From Alphaproteobacteria bacterium (GTDB lineage: Bacteria; Pseudomonadota; Alphaproteobacteria; SHVV01): a stretch of 64,000 bases of DNA. A program made the translations under genes and the position numbers. The stretch covers positions 3,520,001-3,584,000 of the forward strand of contig OZ253470.1 of the NCBI GenBank assembly GCA_965261735.1, in the 5' to 3' direction. This document shows positions 30,841-40,359 of the stretch, in pieces. Below the pieces are notes generated by a model. That model saw nothing but the letters and a program-made list of their open reading frames with translations. It made no database searches and was not told the origin of the DNA. The first letter of the stretch is position 1. Every line of letters starts with the position of its first letter.

Positions 30841-31344
30841 TTACGGCCTGTAGACTCCCGCGCCGAAGATATGGCCGTCATGCGCCACGATCCAACTTGA
30901 CTTCTGCTCGATCTCCCCGCTGACCGGGTTCTTCCACTTGTAGTCGACCCAAGCCCCCTCCGCCGAGGCCATCAAACCTATCTCCTCGCCGAACTCCTTG
31001 CCGTCGGCATCGACGAAGCTCGCCAGGGCAACTCCCAGAAGCGAGGAGTCGACGCCGTGGGCGACGACGGTTCCTTCGGGTCCGATAACGAAGATGTAGA
31101 GATCGCGGTCCAGGAACTCCGGAGCCGGGTCGGCGTTGAACCTCGCCACCGCCGCCTCGGCCCCCATCTCGTCGTAGTAGGCGATCGCGCGCGCAACCAT
31201 GTCCTGAGCCTCTTCGGCCGAGCCGCGGTTGTCGCCTGCTGCGGCGGGCGCCGCGAGCGCCAGGACCAGCACGGCAACAAGGGCGGCGACTCCCGACGAA
31301 AAAAGAGTTGGATGATTTGTGTCTGTATTGAACTGTTCGCCCAT
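30841..31344 (-). CDS. Stand-alone secreted Cache-domain protein
   Basis: Signal peptide, AEEAQDMVARAIAYY, DLYIFV, DADGKEF, GAWVDYKWKNP...KSSW and FGAGVY (single Cache_2-type). Confidence 0.85.
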   Translation of the reverse strand: MGEQFNTDTNHPTLFSSGVAALVAVLVLALAAPAAAGDNRGSAEEAQDMVARAIAYYDEMGAEAAVARFNADPAPEFLDRDLYIFVIGPEGTVVAHGVDSSLLGVALASFVDADGKEFGEEIGLMASAEGAWVDYKWKNPVSGEIEQKSSWIVAHDGHIFGAGVYRP

Positions 31345-31689
31345 GATGAACCCTCTGAAATAACGGAAAGGATTGTGCATCGGCAGAGGCTAAGGGAGCT
31401 TCCTTCCCGGCTCAAGCCGATTTGCTTTGACACTGCCGTCTGTCGCGACCGTCGCGGACCGGCTGGAAGTCAGCGCCAAGATCATCCGGCGATGGATCGA
31501 GAGCAGAGAACTGAGGACTCACCGTCTTGGGCGTTGCGTGCGAATCAGCGAAGGCGATCACCAGAACTTCATCGACCGGCACCGGCAATAGGGCCGGACG
31601 AGAATAGGCATCTGTACTTGAATATTCCAAGTAATGACGTAGTCAGACTGGAAATCGTGGTATTTCGAATCTTGCCTATCCGGTTTACA

Positions 31690-31795
31690 GGCGCTGGCGC
31701 GTGAGGCCCTGGGGTCGCTGGTCGAGCAGCTGAGGATGGCCCAGACACAGATCCTCGATCTTGAGAAGCAACTGAAGGCCTGGCATCGCACCAAT
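31690..31795 (+). pseudogene. IS110-family transposase fragment
   Basis: ALAREALGSLVEQLRMAQTQILDLEKQLKAWHRTN coiled-coil segment typical of IS110. Confidence 0.55.
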
Positions 31796-32136
31796 CTTGC
31801 CTATCCGGTTTACACCCACACCCACTAGGGCTAGAATGGGCGCAACCCGGATATAGGGGAGCGCGCCATGGATGTTCTCGACCGCGCCGATCTCCCATTC
31901 CCGCATTCGCTACCCGAGTTCCAGCGACTTTTCCCCGATGATGCGGCCTGCGCCGCCTACCTGGAGAAAGCCCGCTGGGGAGACGGCTTTGCCTGCCCGC
32001 ACTGCGGCACGGCGGGAGAGCCGTTCCACTTTGAAAACCGCCCTGGCGTCCTGCGCTGCCGCAAGTGCCGCCAGAACACCGGGCTGACGGTGGGAACAGT
32101 GATGGAGCGTAGCCACACTCCGCTGAACGTCTGGTT

Positions 32137-33530
32137 GGTTGTGTCTCGAAAGTGGTGGAAATTGGTTTTGGCGCCTCTCCGAGCGGGTTGAGTTTTGCGG
32201 CGGTCAGGCTGCGCGGTCAAGGGTTTCGTCGGCGATTAGCTGATCGAGGGTTTCCCATCCATCGACTTTGCGCATCTGGATTTGGCCGGAAGCGAGGAGT
32301 GCCCAGAGGAGCATCGGCACTGTTTCGGGACACGGCAGCACGGTCTGTGTTTTGATCCGGCGCTTGAACTCCTCGTTGAGACGCTCAATGGCGTTGGTCG
32401 TTCGGGCTGATTTCCATTGGCTCTTGGACAGGCGCGTGAAGGTAAAGAGCTTGTCGCCCGCTTCTGCGAGGCTGTCCGCGACGGCCCTGCATTTCAGCCG
32501 CCACTTGCGGACAAACGCCTTGCGGCGGGTTTCCACCTCGGAGGCAGTGTCGGCATAGATCATATCGCGGTAATCTTCGCTCAGCTCGTCATGCATGTGT
32601 TTGGGAGCATGACCCAGAAGGTTGCGGTGCTTGTGCACGGTGCAGCGTTGAACGGGAAGGTCATCGCCCCAAAGCGCCGACAGAGCCGCCTCCAGTCCCG
32701 GCGCGCCATCGACGATGACAAACCCGGGCCGTTTCAGTCCACGCGCATCAAGGTCGTCGAGGAACTGGCGCCACGCCGCCTGGCTTTCTCCGCCCATATT
32801 CCCGATCGAAAGCAAGACCTTCTGGCCATCCCGGCGCACCCCTATAGCCGCGAGAACCGAGATGTTGGTGGCCTTGCGGTCCAGTCGGGTCTTGATCACA
32901 GTGCCGTCAAGGATCAGCCGAACGATATCCTCATCCGCGAGGCCACGGCTGCACCAGGCGTCCCAATCGACCTTCACCTTGCGCCACGCCCGGCTCACAA
33001 CGTCCTTGCTCACAGCACCCCGGAAGAGCCCGAACAGCGCGCGTTTCACCCGCCGCGTGTTGGTTCCGGACAGATACACCGAAGCGATCAGCGCCTCGGC
33101 CTTTCTGGTCAGCCGCTGGTAGCGCGGCAGCGCCCGCGAACGCCATTCCGACGCCCGACCGTCTTCCTCAACGATCCGCGCACGCGGCACGCTCACCCTC
33201 TCGGTCCCGAATGTCCCCGTCAGTTGCCGCTCCCGGTGCCCGTTCCGATACCCTTGCCGAAGCGCGTCCTCTCGACCGTATCGGCAGCGCCCGAGAAACT
33301 GCGCAAGTTCCTCCTCAAAAACGGCCTCGATCGTGGATCTGATGTTCTCCCGCAGCCGGTCCTCGAGCGGATCATAGCCGGCGTCATTGGCCAGTAGCGA
33401 AAGCGCGGAAGTCTCGGTAGTGTTCTTCATGGCGTGATCTCCTTGGCGGTGCTAGCCGCCGATTGGGTGGTTGTCTTGTCACCCGGAGATTACGCCATCC
33501 TCAAATTTCCACCACTTTCGAGACACAGCC
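32137..33530 (-). mobile_element. IS256-family element A, copy 3
   Basis: Same IRs, 1394 bp; 8-bp TSD GTCTGGTT. Confidence 0.95.
32204..33430 (-). CDS. IS256-family transposase, 408 aa
   Basis: Same protein sequence as 24321-25547 in the ORF track. Confidence 0.95.
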   Translation of the reverse strand: MKNTTETSALSLLANDAGYDPLEDRLRENIRSTIEAVFEEELAQFLGRCRYGREDALRQGYRNGHRERQLTGTFGTERVSVPRARIVEEDGRASEWRSRALPRYQRLTRKAEALIASVYLSGTNTRRVKRALFGLFRGAVSKDVVSRAWRKVKVDWDAWCSRGLADEDIVRLILDGTVIKTRLDRKATNISVLAAIGVRRDGQKVLLSIGNMGGESQAAWRQFLDDLDARGLKRPGFVIVDGAPGLEAALSALWGDDLPVQRCTVHKHRNLLGHAPKHMHDELSEDYRDMIYADTASEVETRRKAFVRKWRLKCRAVADSLAEAGDKLFTFTRLSKSQWKSARTTNAIERLNEEFKRRIKTQTVLPCPETVPMLLWALLASGQIQMRKVDGWETLDQLIADETLDRAA

Positions 33531-33931
33531 GTCTGGTTCTGGGCCGCTTATCTGGTCGCCAGTCAGACGCCCGGCATGTCCGCCGTGCAGTTTCAGCGGT
33601 AACTTGGTCTTTCGCGCTACGAGACGGCCTTTCAAATTCTCCACAAGCTCCGCTCGGGCATGGTGCGGCCCAACCAAGACAGGATCGGTGGACAGCCCAA
33701 GAACCATGTTGAGGTGGACGAAACCTGGGTTGGCGGGCGAACGCGTGGGGAAGGCCGTGGTGTTCACCACAAGGTTCCCGTCTCCTGTGCCATCGAGGTG
33801 CGTCATCGAAAGCCGGGCACCAAGCTCGACAACCGGAAAGACGGACGCTATGCCGGACGCGTTCGGCTCGCCGTCGTGCTCGACCGTAGCGCCGAGTCGC
33901 TCTGTGGGTTCGTCGAGAGCACCGTCGCGCC

Positions 33932-33992
33932 GCGGTAGAGCAGCTGATTTGTAATCAGCAGGTCGGGAGTTCGAATCCCCCATCCGGCACCA
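33932..33992 (+). tRNA. 5'-truncated tRNA-Thr(UGU) (pseudo-tRNA / att site)
   Basis: GGTAGAGC A GCTGA TT-TGT-AA TCAGC AGGTC GGGAG TTCGAAT CCCCC ATCCGGC ACCA. The 5' acceptor strand and first D-stem strand are missing and there is one T-stem mismatch. Confidence 0.85.
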
Positions 33993-34186
33993 CTTTTTCA
34001 ATGAGTTAGTAGACGACCAGCGGATCGGACGCAGTTTGAGTGACCATAGAGTGACCGCGCCAACCGATTTGAAGGGGTTCTGAGGCAGGGAATCAGGCGA
34101 TAGAGCCTCCCGCTCGACGACCGCCCGGGCCGAGGTCGGCGGCCGCCCCTCGCTCACGCTGGTGCCGGCGCGGACCTAACCCGCTA

Positions 34187-34265
34187 GAGCGGACATCGGC
34201 GCTCGAGAGTAGGCTTTCTGTGGTCGAGCGGTCGTACCGGCGACCTGTCGGAACTTCGGCGTAGC
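34187..34265 (+). repeat. Dispersed hairpin repeat, copy 1
   Basis: Colinear degenerate match to 44650-44733. Confidence 0.55.
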
Positions 34266-34387
34266 ACTGTGATGTTTCATGCACCCAAAACCACCACCGA
34301 ATCTGCGACGCGGCCGCTTGATTCGGGGTTAGAAATCGCGGGCGCCGCCCCGAACTAGCCATCGACACAAGCGTTGTCCTTCGCGGG

Positions 34388-35500
34388 TCAACGGGTGCTT
34401 GCCGGTATCTCGACCCGAAACAGCGCCTCCGCGTTGCGGATCGTGGCGGCTTCGACGGCGCCGGCGTCGAGGTGCGAGAAGATGCGCTCGATCACGTCGT
34501 GGGAGCGGCCGAAGGTGTTGCGGATATGCGGGAAGTCGGAGCCCCACAGCAGCCGCTCCGGTGCGACGATGCCGGCGACGTGAGCAACGTAGGGGTCATC
34601 GATCACGCCGAAATAGACATGATCGAGATAGTCGCGCGCGGCACGCTTCGGCGGCGCCAGGCGAAAGTGCGGGCCGAAGCTCTTTTCGAGCTGCTCGACC
34701 CGAAAGAGCCAATAGGGTACCCACGATACCTCGTACTCGCCAACCACCAGCTTTAGTTCGGGAAAGCGGTCGAGGATGCCGCCGAAGATAAAGTCGTTGG
34801 CGAGGACGAGGCCGATGTCGTGCGAGGTGTCGAGCTGCAGTCGCGCGACCTCGCCGAGGCGGTCGTCGGGCAGGACCGAGGGGTCCTTCCGGTTGCCGGT
34901 GAGAATATGGAGCTGGACCGGCATGCCGATCTCCTGCGCGCGCGCCCAGAACGGGTCGTAGCGGCGGTCGTAATAGGGCGGCCACTCGGGCCGAGTTTCG
35001 CCATTGATCATGACGCAGCGCATGTCGCGGCGGGCGGCACGTTCGAGCTCGCGTATGGCCCAGTCGACGTCCTCCATGTGAACGAGTGCGATGCCCAGCA
35101 GGCGTTGGGGCGCGTGGCTGCAGAACTCCGCCAGCCAGTCGTTGTAGACCGAAAAACAGTCGCGGATCATGGCCGTGTTGCTGGAGGGATAGATGAACAG
35201 GCCGAAGGTCGGGCCCAACACCTCGGCCTGGACGCCGTCCTCGTCCATCAGGCGGACGCGATCGGCCGGCTCCATGGCGGCGTAATTGAGCTCGTCGTTG
35301 CTGGCTTCCTCGATCAGGGCGTCGGGATCGACATCACGCAGATAGTCATCGCCGGTAAAGATGTAGCGCCCGGGCACGCCCGCACGCTCGTCGACCACGC
35401 GCGGAATCGCCTCGCCGTACTTATTGGCGAGGGCGCGCTCGAAAATGTCGTCCGGCTCGATCACGTGCGAGTCGGCGGAGATCACTCGCTGCTGCGCCAT
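34388..35500 (-). CDS. Amidohydrolase_2-family protein
   Basis: ISADSHV, YNDWLAEFC, YDPFWARAQE...VQLHI and LLWGSDFPH. Confidence 0.9.
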   Translation of the reverse strand: MAQQRVISADSHVIEPDDIFERALANKYGEAIPRVVDERAGVPGRYIFTGDDYLRDVDPDALIEEASNDELNYAAMEPADRVRLMDEDGVQAEVLGPTFGLFIYPSSNTAMIRDCFSVYNDWLAEFCSHAPQRLLGIALVHMEDVDWAIRELERAARRDMRCVMINGETRPEWPPYYDRRYDPFWARAQEIGMPVQLHILTGNRKDPSVLPDDRLGEVARLQLDTSHDIGLVLANDFIFGGILDRFPELKLVVGEYEVSWVPYWLFRVEQLEKSFGPHFRLAPPKRAARDYLDHVYFGVIDDPYVAHVAGIVAPERLLWGSDFPHIRNTFGRSHDVIERIFSHLDAGAVEAATIRNAEALFRVEIPASTR

Positions 35501-35571
35501 CGACCCTGTCCCAGGCACCATCATTCGAGCCCAGGCGGGGTCCCCAGCGGGACCCCGCCCATGCCGTGCGC

Positions 35572-36591
35572 TCAATTAGGCAGGTACTTGTTGGTAAAGT
35601 AGTTGGCCGGCTCGTCGCCGACGGTGATCAACTTAGCCTTCAGCGCCCAATCCATGGCCGCTTTCCAGACCGAGGCCTCCTGCTCGTAGAACTTGCCGTT
35701 CGGGCCCTTCCAATCGGGCAGCGTGACATCGGTGAAGCTGGAGTGGTCGGCGAGCGTGAACACCTCGTTGCGTTTGGCGAAAATCTTGTTGTACACGTCG
35801 CGGTTCTGCTCGAACTCGGCATAACCCTTCTTGGTGGCACGCAGGAAGCGGCAGGTCGTGGCCGAGTTCCTCTCAATCCAATTCTCATTGGCGACGAACA
35901 TCATGAAGTAGAAGTTGGGAACGCCGTAGTCGCTGTAGAGCCAGAAATCCACCGGCGGCTTCCCTTGCTCCTTGCGCTTGGCGTTGACCGCGGCCGGCTC
36001 GCCGTAGACCAACCCGTGCCCGGTATCGACCTTGCCCTCGACCACCAACTGGACGACGCCGAAGCCGGGATCGACCATGTTGACGTCTTCCTTGGTCAAG
36101 CCGCCGGTCTCCAGCATCGTCGCGAATGCCGCCTGCGATGCCGGCAAGGGACCGATGGCGATGTTCTTGCCTTTGAGGTCGGCGACCGTCTTTATGCCGG
36201 ATTCGGGCGGGATCATCATGCCTTGTGCGTAGGGGTAGAGGATAATACCGACCGAGACCACGGGAATGCCGGTATCGCGGGCATTCATGACCTCGGGCAC
36301 GTAGCTCATGGCGAAGTGGGCGCGTTCGCGCGCGACAAGCTTGATCGGATCGGCGACCTGCGCCGGGGCGATGAGCCTGACGGTGAACCCTTCGGCCTTG
36401 TAGTAGCCCTTCTCCTGCGCGGCGATGATCGGTCCTTGCGAGGACCAGGGCAGCCAGTCGCCCATCACCGTGATGGCCGACATCTCGGCCGGCGGGCCAC
36501 ACGTGTCGGCCTGCTGCGCCCTCGCCGAAGTGGCCGAGAGCCCGATGACGAGCGCGGAAGCGGCTACAAAGATCGTTCTTGTCGTCAGCAT
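35572..36591 (-). CDS. NMT1/THI5-like ABC transporter substrate-binding protein
   Basis: Signal peptide, DWLP...AQEKGYYKAEG, SGIKTVADLKGKNI and YGVPNFY. Confidence 0.88.
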   Translation of the reverse strand: MLTTRTIFVAASALVIGLSATSARAQQADTCGPPAEMSAITVMGDWLPWSSQGPIIAAQEKGYYKAEGFTVRLIAPAQVADPIKLVARERAHFAMSYVPEVMNARDTGIPVVSVGIILYPYAQGMMIPPESGIKTVADLKGKNIAIGPLPASQAAFATMLETGGLTKEDVNMVDPGFGVVQLVVEGKVDTGHGLVYGEPAAVNAKRKEQGKPPVDFWLYSDYGVPNFYFMMFVANENWIERNSATTCRFLRATKKGYAEFEQNRDVYNKIFAKRNEVFTLADHSSFTDVTLPDWKGPNGKFYEQEASVWKAAMDWALKAKLITVGDEPANYFTNKYLPN

Positions 36592-36669
36592 GCTTGGTCT
36601 CCCTTGCTATTGGCCGGTTGGTCGTCGTTCAGTCCACCGACGTGATTGGTGCTCGATTTTACAGTCTTC

Positions 36670-37170
36670 CTAGAGCGGCGTCGAAATGTTGTTGGTCACC
36701 GAGAAGGTGTCGGCGATGACGATCTTTTCCTTGAACTTGGGCGCGCCGTCCACGAACACGACCTTGTCCTCGTAGCGGCCGGCGCTGAAGAGTTGCGTGG
36801 TCCCTTCGAGAATGTCAGTCACGTGAACGACGTAGTTGGCGGCAACGAGGTGCGCGCCATCCTGCTCGCCGACAACGCGAACGTTGCCGATCAAGTGGCG
36901 GTCGAGCCGCCGGGTGTAGACGAGCGCTTCACGCAACAGCACGACGCGGTCGCGGAGCTGGGCCTTGCTGCTGCACGATATCAGCGCCACCGGCAAGCCG
37001 CGGTCGGCGTTCTCGCGCGGGATGATCTTGTAGACACCGTCCTCGACGAAGAGATCAGGCCACTCCTCGAGGCGGTCCCCGTCCAGGCAGCGGCCGTACG
37101 CGCTCTCGAGATCGACGATCCGTTGGTTCAGCAGGAGATGCGCGACCTGTTGCTCGACGTCGCCGCTCAT
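36670..37170 (-). CDS. Aromatic ring-hydroxylating oxygenase beta subunit
   Basis: YGRCLDGDRLEEWPDLF...YKIIPREN...LRDRV...GRYEDK; ATGA overlap with the alpha subunit. Confidence 0.92.
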   Translation of the reverse strand: MSGDVEQQVAHLLLNQRIVDLESAYGRCLDGDRLEEWPDLFVEDGVYKIIPRENADRGLPVALISCSSKAQLRDRVVLLREALVYTRRLDRHLIGNVRVVGEQDGAHLVAANYVVHVTDILEGTTQLFSAGRYEDKVVFVDGAPKFKEKIVIADTFSVTNNISTPL

Positions 37171-38435
37171 GCCGCCTCGCCCGCGACCTCGATACCCATC
37201 AGCTTGCAGTAATAGCGCCAGAAGCCGCGCACCGGCACCTCGGTGACGATATGGTCGTCGCTGACGATGGGGCCGAGGCCGCCCATCTCGATCACCGTGT
37301 GGCGGTCGGCCTGGCGGCGGATGCCCTTCTGGATCAGCACCGGCGCCTCGCCGTCCTCCATGTTGATGAATCCCGCCGGGCCACGCAGGTTGGCCTGCCA
37401 AAGGCGCATGGCGCGCAGTTCCGGATCGTCGTCGGTGTAGCCGAAGTGGGTGTAGTGGAGCTCGAATTCGTCGGGCCCGCTCGTGCGCACCTGTTCGGTC
37501 ATGAGCACGTTGTTCATTTGCGAGAACAGCACGTTGGGAAAGATCGACAGCCCTTCCAGAACGCGGCCGTCGCCGACTTCGTCGCGCCAGTCGAGGAACG
37601 AGGGGTCCTCCAGCTTGAGCGGGTGCTCGATCTGCGCCTCGCGCTCGGTGCCGGCGTAGCCCTCGGCGATGAGCTCGGGCGTGTCGGTATCGACCACCGC
37701 GTAGTAATGGTTGTGGCGCGCCTCGGCATCGAGGCTCATCGCCCCTTCCTGGGTCAGCCGGTGGATGCCGTAGGCCAGCGGCAGCAGGTGCAGTAGGCCG
37801 CCGTGGTAACCGTCGTTCACGTTCTCGCGGTAGAGCTTCCAGTTGCAGATCAGGCGCTGGCGCATGTATCCGAGAATCTCGATCGGCTTGCGGAACTTGC
37901 GATCGAGCGCAGCCAGCGCGGTCTCGCCGAGGAAATCCTCGAGGCTCTCCGCGTTACGGTCGAAGGTCGCGAAAACCACGCCGCGGTAGGTCGCGACCTC
38001 CAGGGTGCGCAAGCCGTGCTGGCCCTTGTCGAAGCTGTCGGGCATGCCGCCCTTGCCGTCGACCCCGCGCTGGAAGGGCACGCCGATCAATCGCCCGCGC
38101 AGGTCGTAGCACCAGTGGTGATAGATGCAGGTGTGGGTGGCCCGATTGCCGAAGGGCTCGCGCACCACCATCGAGCCGCGATGGGCGCAGCTGTTGACGA
38201 AGGCGTGAATGGAGCCGTCCTCGGCGCGGTTGACGGCCACCGGCGTATCGCCGACGTAGGTGGTCTTAAAGTCGCCGGAGTTGGGGATCTCGGCATCGAG
38301 GGCCAGGAAGTTCCACACCGGGCCGTGAAAGATGCGCTCCTGCTCGCGCTCATAGACGTCCTGGCTCAGATACACGCCGTAAGGCACGCGGCTGAAGTCG
38401 GATGCCGGCCAAGTCAGGTCGCTCCATGTCTGCAT
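37167..38435 (-). CDS. Rieske oxygenase alpha subunit (salicylate 5-hydroxylase/anthranilate/terephthalate group)
   Basis: Rieske CAH...CIYH; Fe site NVNDGYHGGLLH and EDG; SRVPY N-terminus; RGFWRYY C-terminus. Confidence 0.93.
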   Translation of the reverse strand: MQTWSDLTWPASDFSRVPYGVYLSQDVYEREQERIFHGPVWNFLALDAEIPNSGDFKTTYVGDTPVAVNRAEDGSIHAFVNSCAHRGSMVVREPFGNRATHTCIYHHWCYDLRGRLIGVPFQRGVDGKGGMPDSFDKGQHGLRTLEVATYRGVVFATFDRNAESLEDFLGETALAALDRKFRKPIEILGYMRQRLICNWKLYRENVNDGYHGGLLHLLPLAYGIHRLTQEGAMSLDAEARHNHYYAVVDTDTPELIAEGYAGTEREAQIEHPLKLEDPSFLDWRDEVGDGRVLEGLSIFPNVLFSQMNNVLMTEQVRTSGPDEFELHYTHFGYTDDDPELRAMRLWQANLRGPAGFINMEDGEAPVLIQKGIRRQADRHTVIEMGGLGPIVSDDHIVTEVPVRGFWRYYCKLMGIEVAGEAA

Positions 38436-38452
38436 GCTGACCGCTCCTCAAG

Positions 38453-38941
38453 CTACAGTGGCGAAGAAATGTGGTTGGCCACGGAAAATGTATCCAGCAC
38501 CACGAGCTTTTCCTTGAACTTGGGTTCATCCGCGACGAAGACGACTTTGTCGGCATAGCGGCCGGTGCTGAACATTTGCGTCGTGCCGTCGAGCAGATCG
38601 GTCACGTACACGGCGTAGTTGGCATCCACCTGATAGACCCCGTCCTCGGCAGCTGCGACGTGCACGTCGGTAACGATATGACGGTTGAGCCGCAGCGTGA
38701 AAACCGTGGCGCTGCGCAGGATGAGCACGCGATCGCGCAGTTGTTCCTTTCGGTCGCAGTCGATGACCGCGAGTGGCAAGCCATAGTCAGCGTTCTCGCG
38801 CGGCACGACACGATAGGTGCAGTCGTCGGCGAAAAAATCGGGCCACGCCTCCAGCCGGTCCTCGTCGATACACTGGGCGTAGGCGAATTCGAGATCGGCG
38901 ATGCGCTGCGCCGCAACGAGCCCTGCGAGCGCGTCGCTCAC
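38453..38941 (-). CDS. Aromatic ring-hydroxylating oxygenase beta subunit (second)
   Basis: YAQCIDEDRLEAWPDFF...PREN...LRDRV...GRYADK; GTGA overlap. Confidence 0.92.
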   Translation of the reverse strand: MSDALAGLVAAQRIADLEFAYAQCIDEDRLEAWPDFFADDCTYRVVPRENADYGLPLAVIDCDRKEQLRDRVLILRSATVFTLRLNRHIVTDVHVAAAEDGVYQVDANYAVYVTDLLDGTTQMFSTGRYADKVVFVADEPKFKEKLVVLDTFSVANHISSPL

Positions 38942-40212
38942 GCCGCCGGCCGCCTCGCCTGAGTGCGGAACCCCATAAGATCGCAGTAGTGGCGCCAGAA
39001 GCCGCGCACCGGCACCTCGGTAGTGATGTAGTCCTGGTCCGCAATAGCGCCGGTACCGCCCATCTCGATGACCGTATGGGCGTTGGGACTGCCGCGCATG
39101 CCGCGCTGGATGAGAACCCCGGATTCGCCGTCCTCGATGGAGATGATCCCGCCGGGGCCAAGCATACCCATCTGCACCAGGCGCATGCGGCGCAACTCTG
39201 GATCGTCGTCGGCGTACCCAAAGAACGTCCAGTACACCTCGAACTCGTCGGCACTTGTGGTGCGAATCTGCCGCGTCGCCATGGTGTTGGAGAACTGGTG
39301 CACGAGGAGATTGGGAAACACGGCGAGCACCATCACAGAGCGGCCATCCCCGATCTCGTCGCGCCAGTCGATGATCGCGGTGTCGGCAAGCTTGAGCGGG
39401 CTCGCGATCTTGGCGCCGTGGACGACCTCGCCGTAGCCCTCGGCCGCAGCCTCCGGCGTATCGGTATCGATCACGACGTGGTCGACGTGGTGGCGGCCGC
39501 GCTTGTCGAACACCATGCCCGCCTCGTGGGTCAACCGGTGAATGCCGAAGATGACCGGCAGCTGGTGGAGGAGTCCCGAGTGGTAGCCGTCGGCGACATT
39601 CTCCCAATAGGCCTTCCAGTTCGACGGCAGGCGCTGGCGCACGTGGCCGAGCACCTCGATCGGCTTGGACAGATAGCGGTCGAGAAAGTCGAGCACGGGC
39701 CGATCGAGGTACTCCTCGAGCGGCTCGACGTCGGCGTCGAACGAGCCGAAGACGAGGCCGCGGTAACTCGCCGTCTTCAGCGTCCGCAACCCGTGCCGCG
39801 CCCGATCGAAGCTCTCGGGCATGCCGCCGTGGCCGCCAACGCCGCGCTGGAACGGGACGCCTATCAGGTTGCCCTTCGGATCGAAGCACCAGTGGTGATA
39901 GATGCAGGTGTGGCTCGCGGCGTTGCCGCAGGGTTCGCGCACCAGCCTCGTGCCCTTGTGCGAGCAGCTGTTGAGGAAGGCGCAGACGGAGCCGTCCTCG
40001 GCGCGGGTCACCACCACGGGTGCATCACCGACGAAGACGCACTTGAAGTCCCCGGGCAGCGGGACCTCCGCCTCGAAAGCGAGAAAACACCACACCGGCC
40101 CTTGAAAGATGCGCGCCTGCTCGCGTTCGTAGACCCCTTGATCGAGGAACACGGGGTACGGCACGCGGCTGAAGTCGGCGGCCGGCCAGATCAGGCTATC
40201 CGGATCGTTCAT
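38938..40212 (-). CDS. Rieske oxygenase alpha subunit (second paralog)
   Basis: CSH...CIYH; NVADGYHSGLLH; EDG; colinear with 37167-38435. Confidence 0.93.
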   Translation of the reverse strand: MNDPDSLIWPAADFSRVPYPVFLDQGVYEREQARIFQGPVWCFLAFEAEVPLPGDFKCVFVGDAPVVVTRAEDGSVCAFLNSCSHKGTRLVREPCGNAASHTCIYHHWCFDPKGNLIGVPFQRGVGGHGGMPESFDRARHGLRTLKTASYRGLVFGSFDADVEPLEEYLDRPVLDFLDRYLSKPIEVLGHVRQRLPSNWKAYWENVADGYHSGLLHQLPVIFGIHRLTHEAGMVFDKRGRHHVDHVVIDTDTPEAAAEGYGEVVHGAKIASPLKLADTAIIDWRDEIGDGRSVMVLAVFPNLLVHQFSNTMATRQIRTTSADEFEVYWTFFGYADDDPELRRMRLVQMGMLGPGGIISIEDGESGVLIQRGMRGSPNAHTVIEMGGTGAIADQDYITTEVPVRGFWRHYCDLMGFRTQARRPAA

Positions 40213-40359
40213 GGCCTTGTCCGGCGGCGGAGCCAACGCCGGCTGCTGATTGAAGGATCGCGTTCCTCTTGGACCGAGTAGGCTAGCTTCCTCGCCCATC
40301 GCGGCGTTTGCCCTCCGAGCGCGTAACCTAATACAGGCACCGACAAAAGCCTGCCGCGC

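Larger units (their letters stand above)
31796..33933 (+). mobile_element. IS1595-family element 2, copy C (interrupted by IS256-A, 3' end deleted)
   Basis: Left IR at 31796; tnp start at 31868; resumes at 33531; joined to the tRNA fragment at about 33932. Confidence 0.88.

Noticed and set aside
31412-31630. Possible PIN-domain remnant
   Set aside because: Similarity too weak to support by eye.
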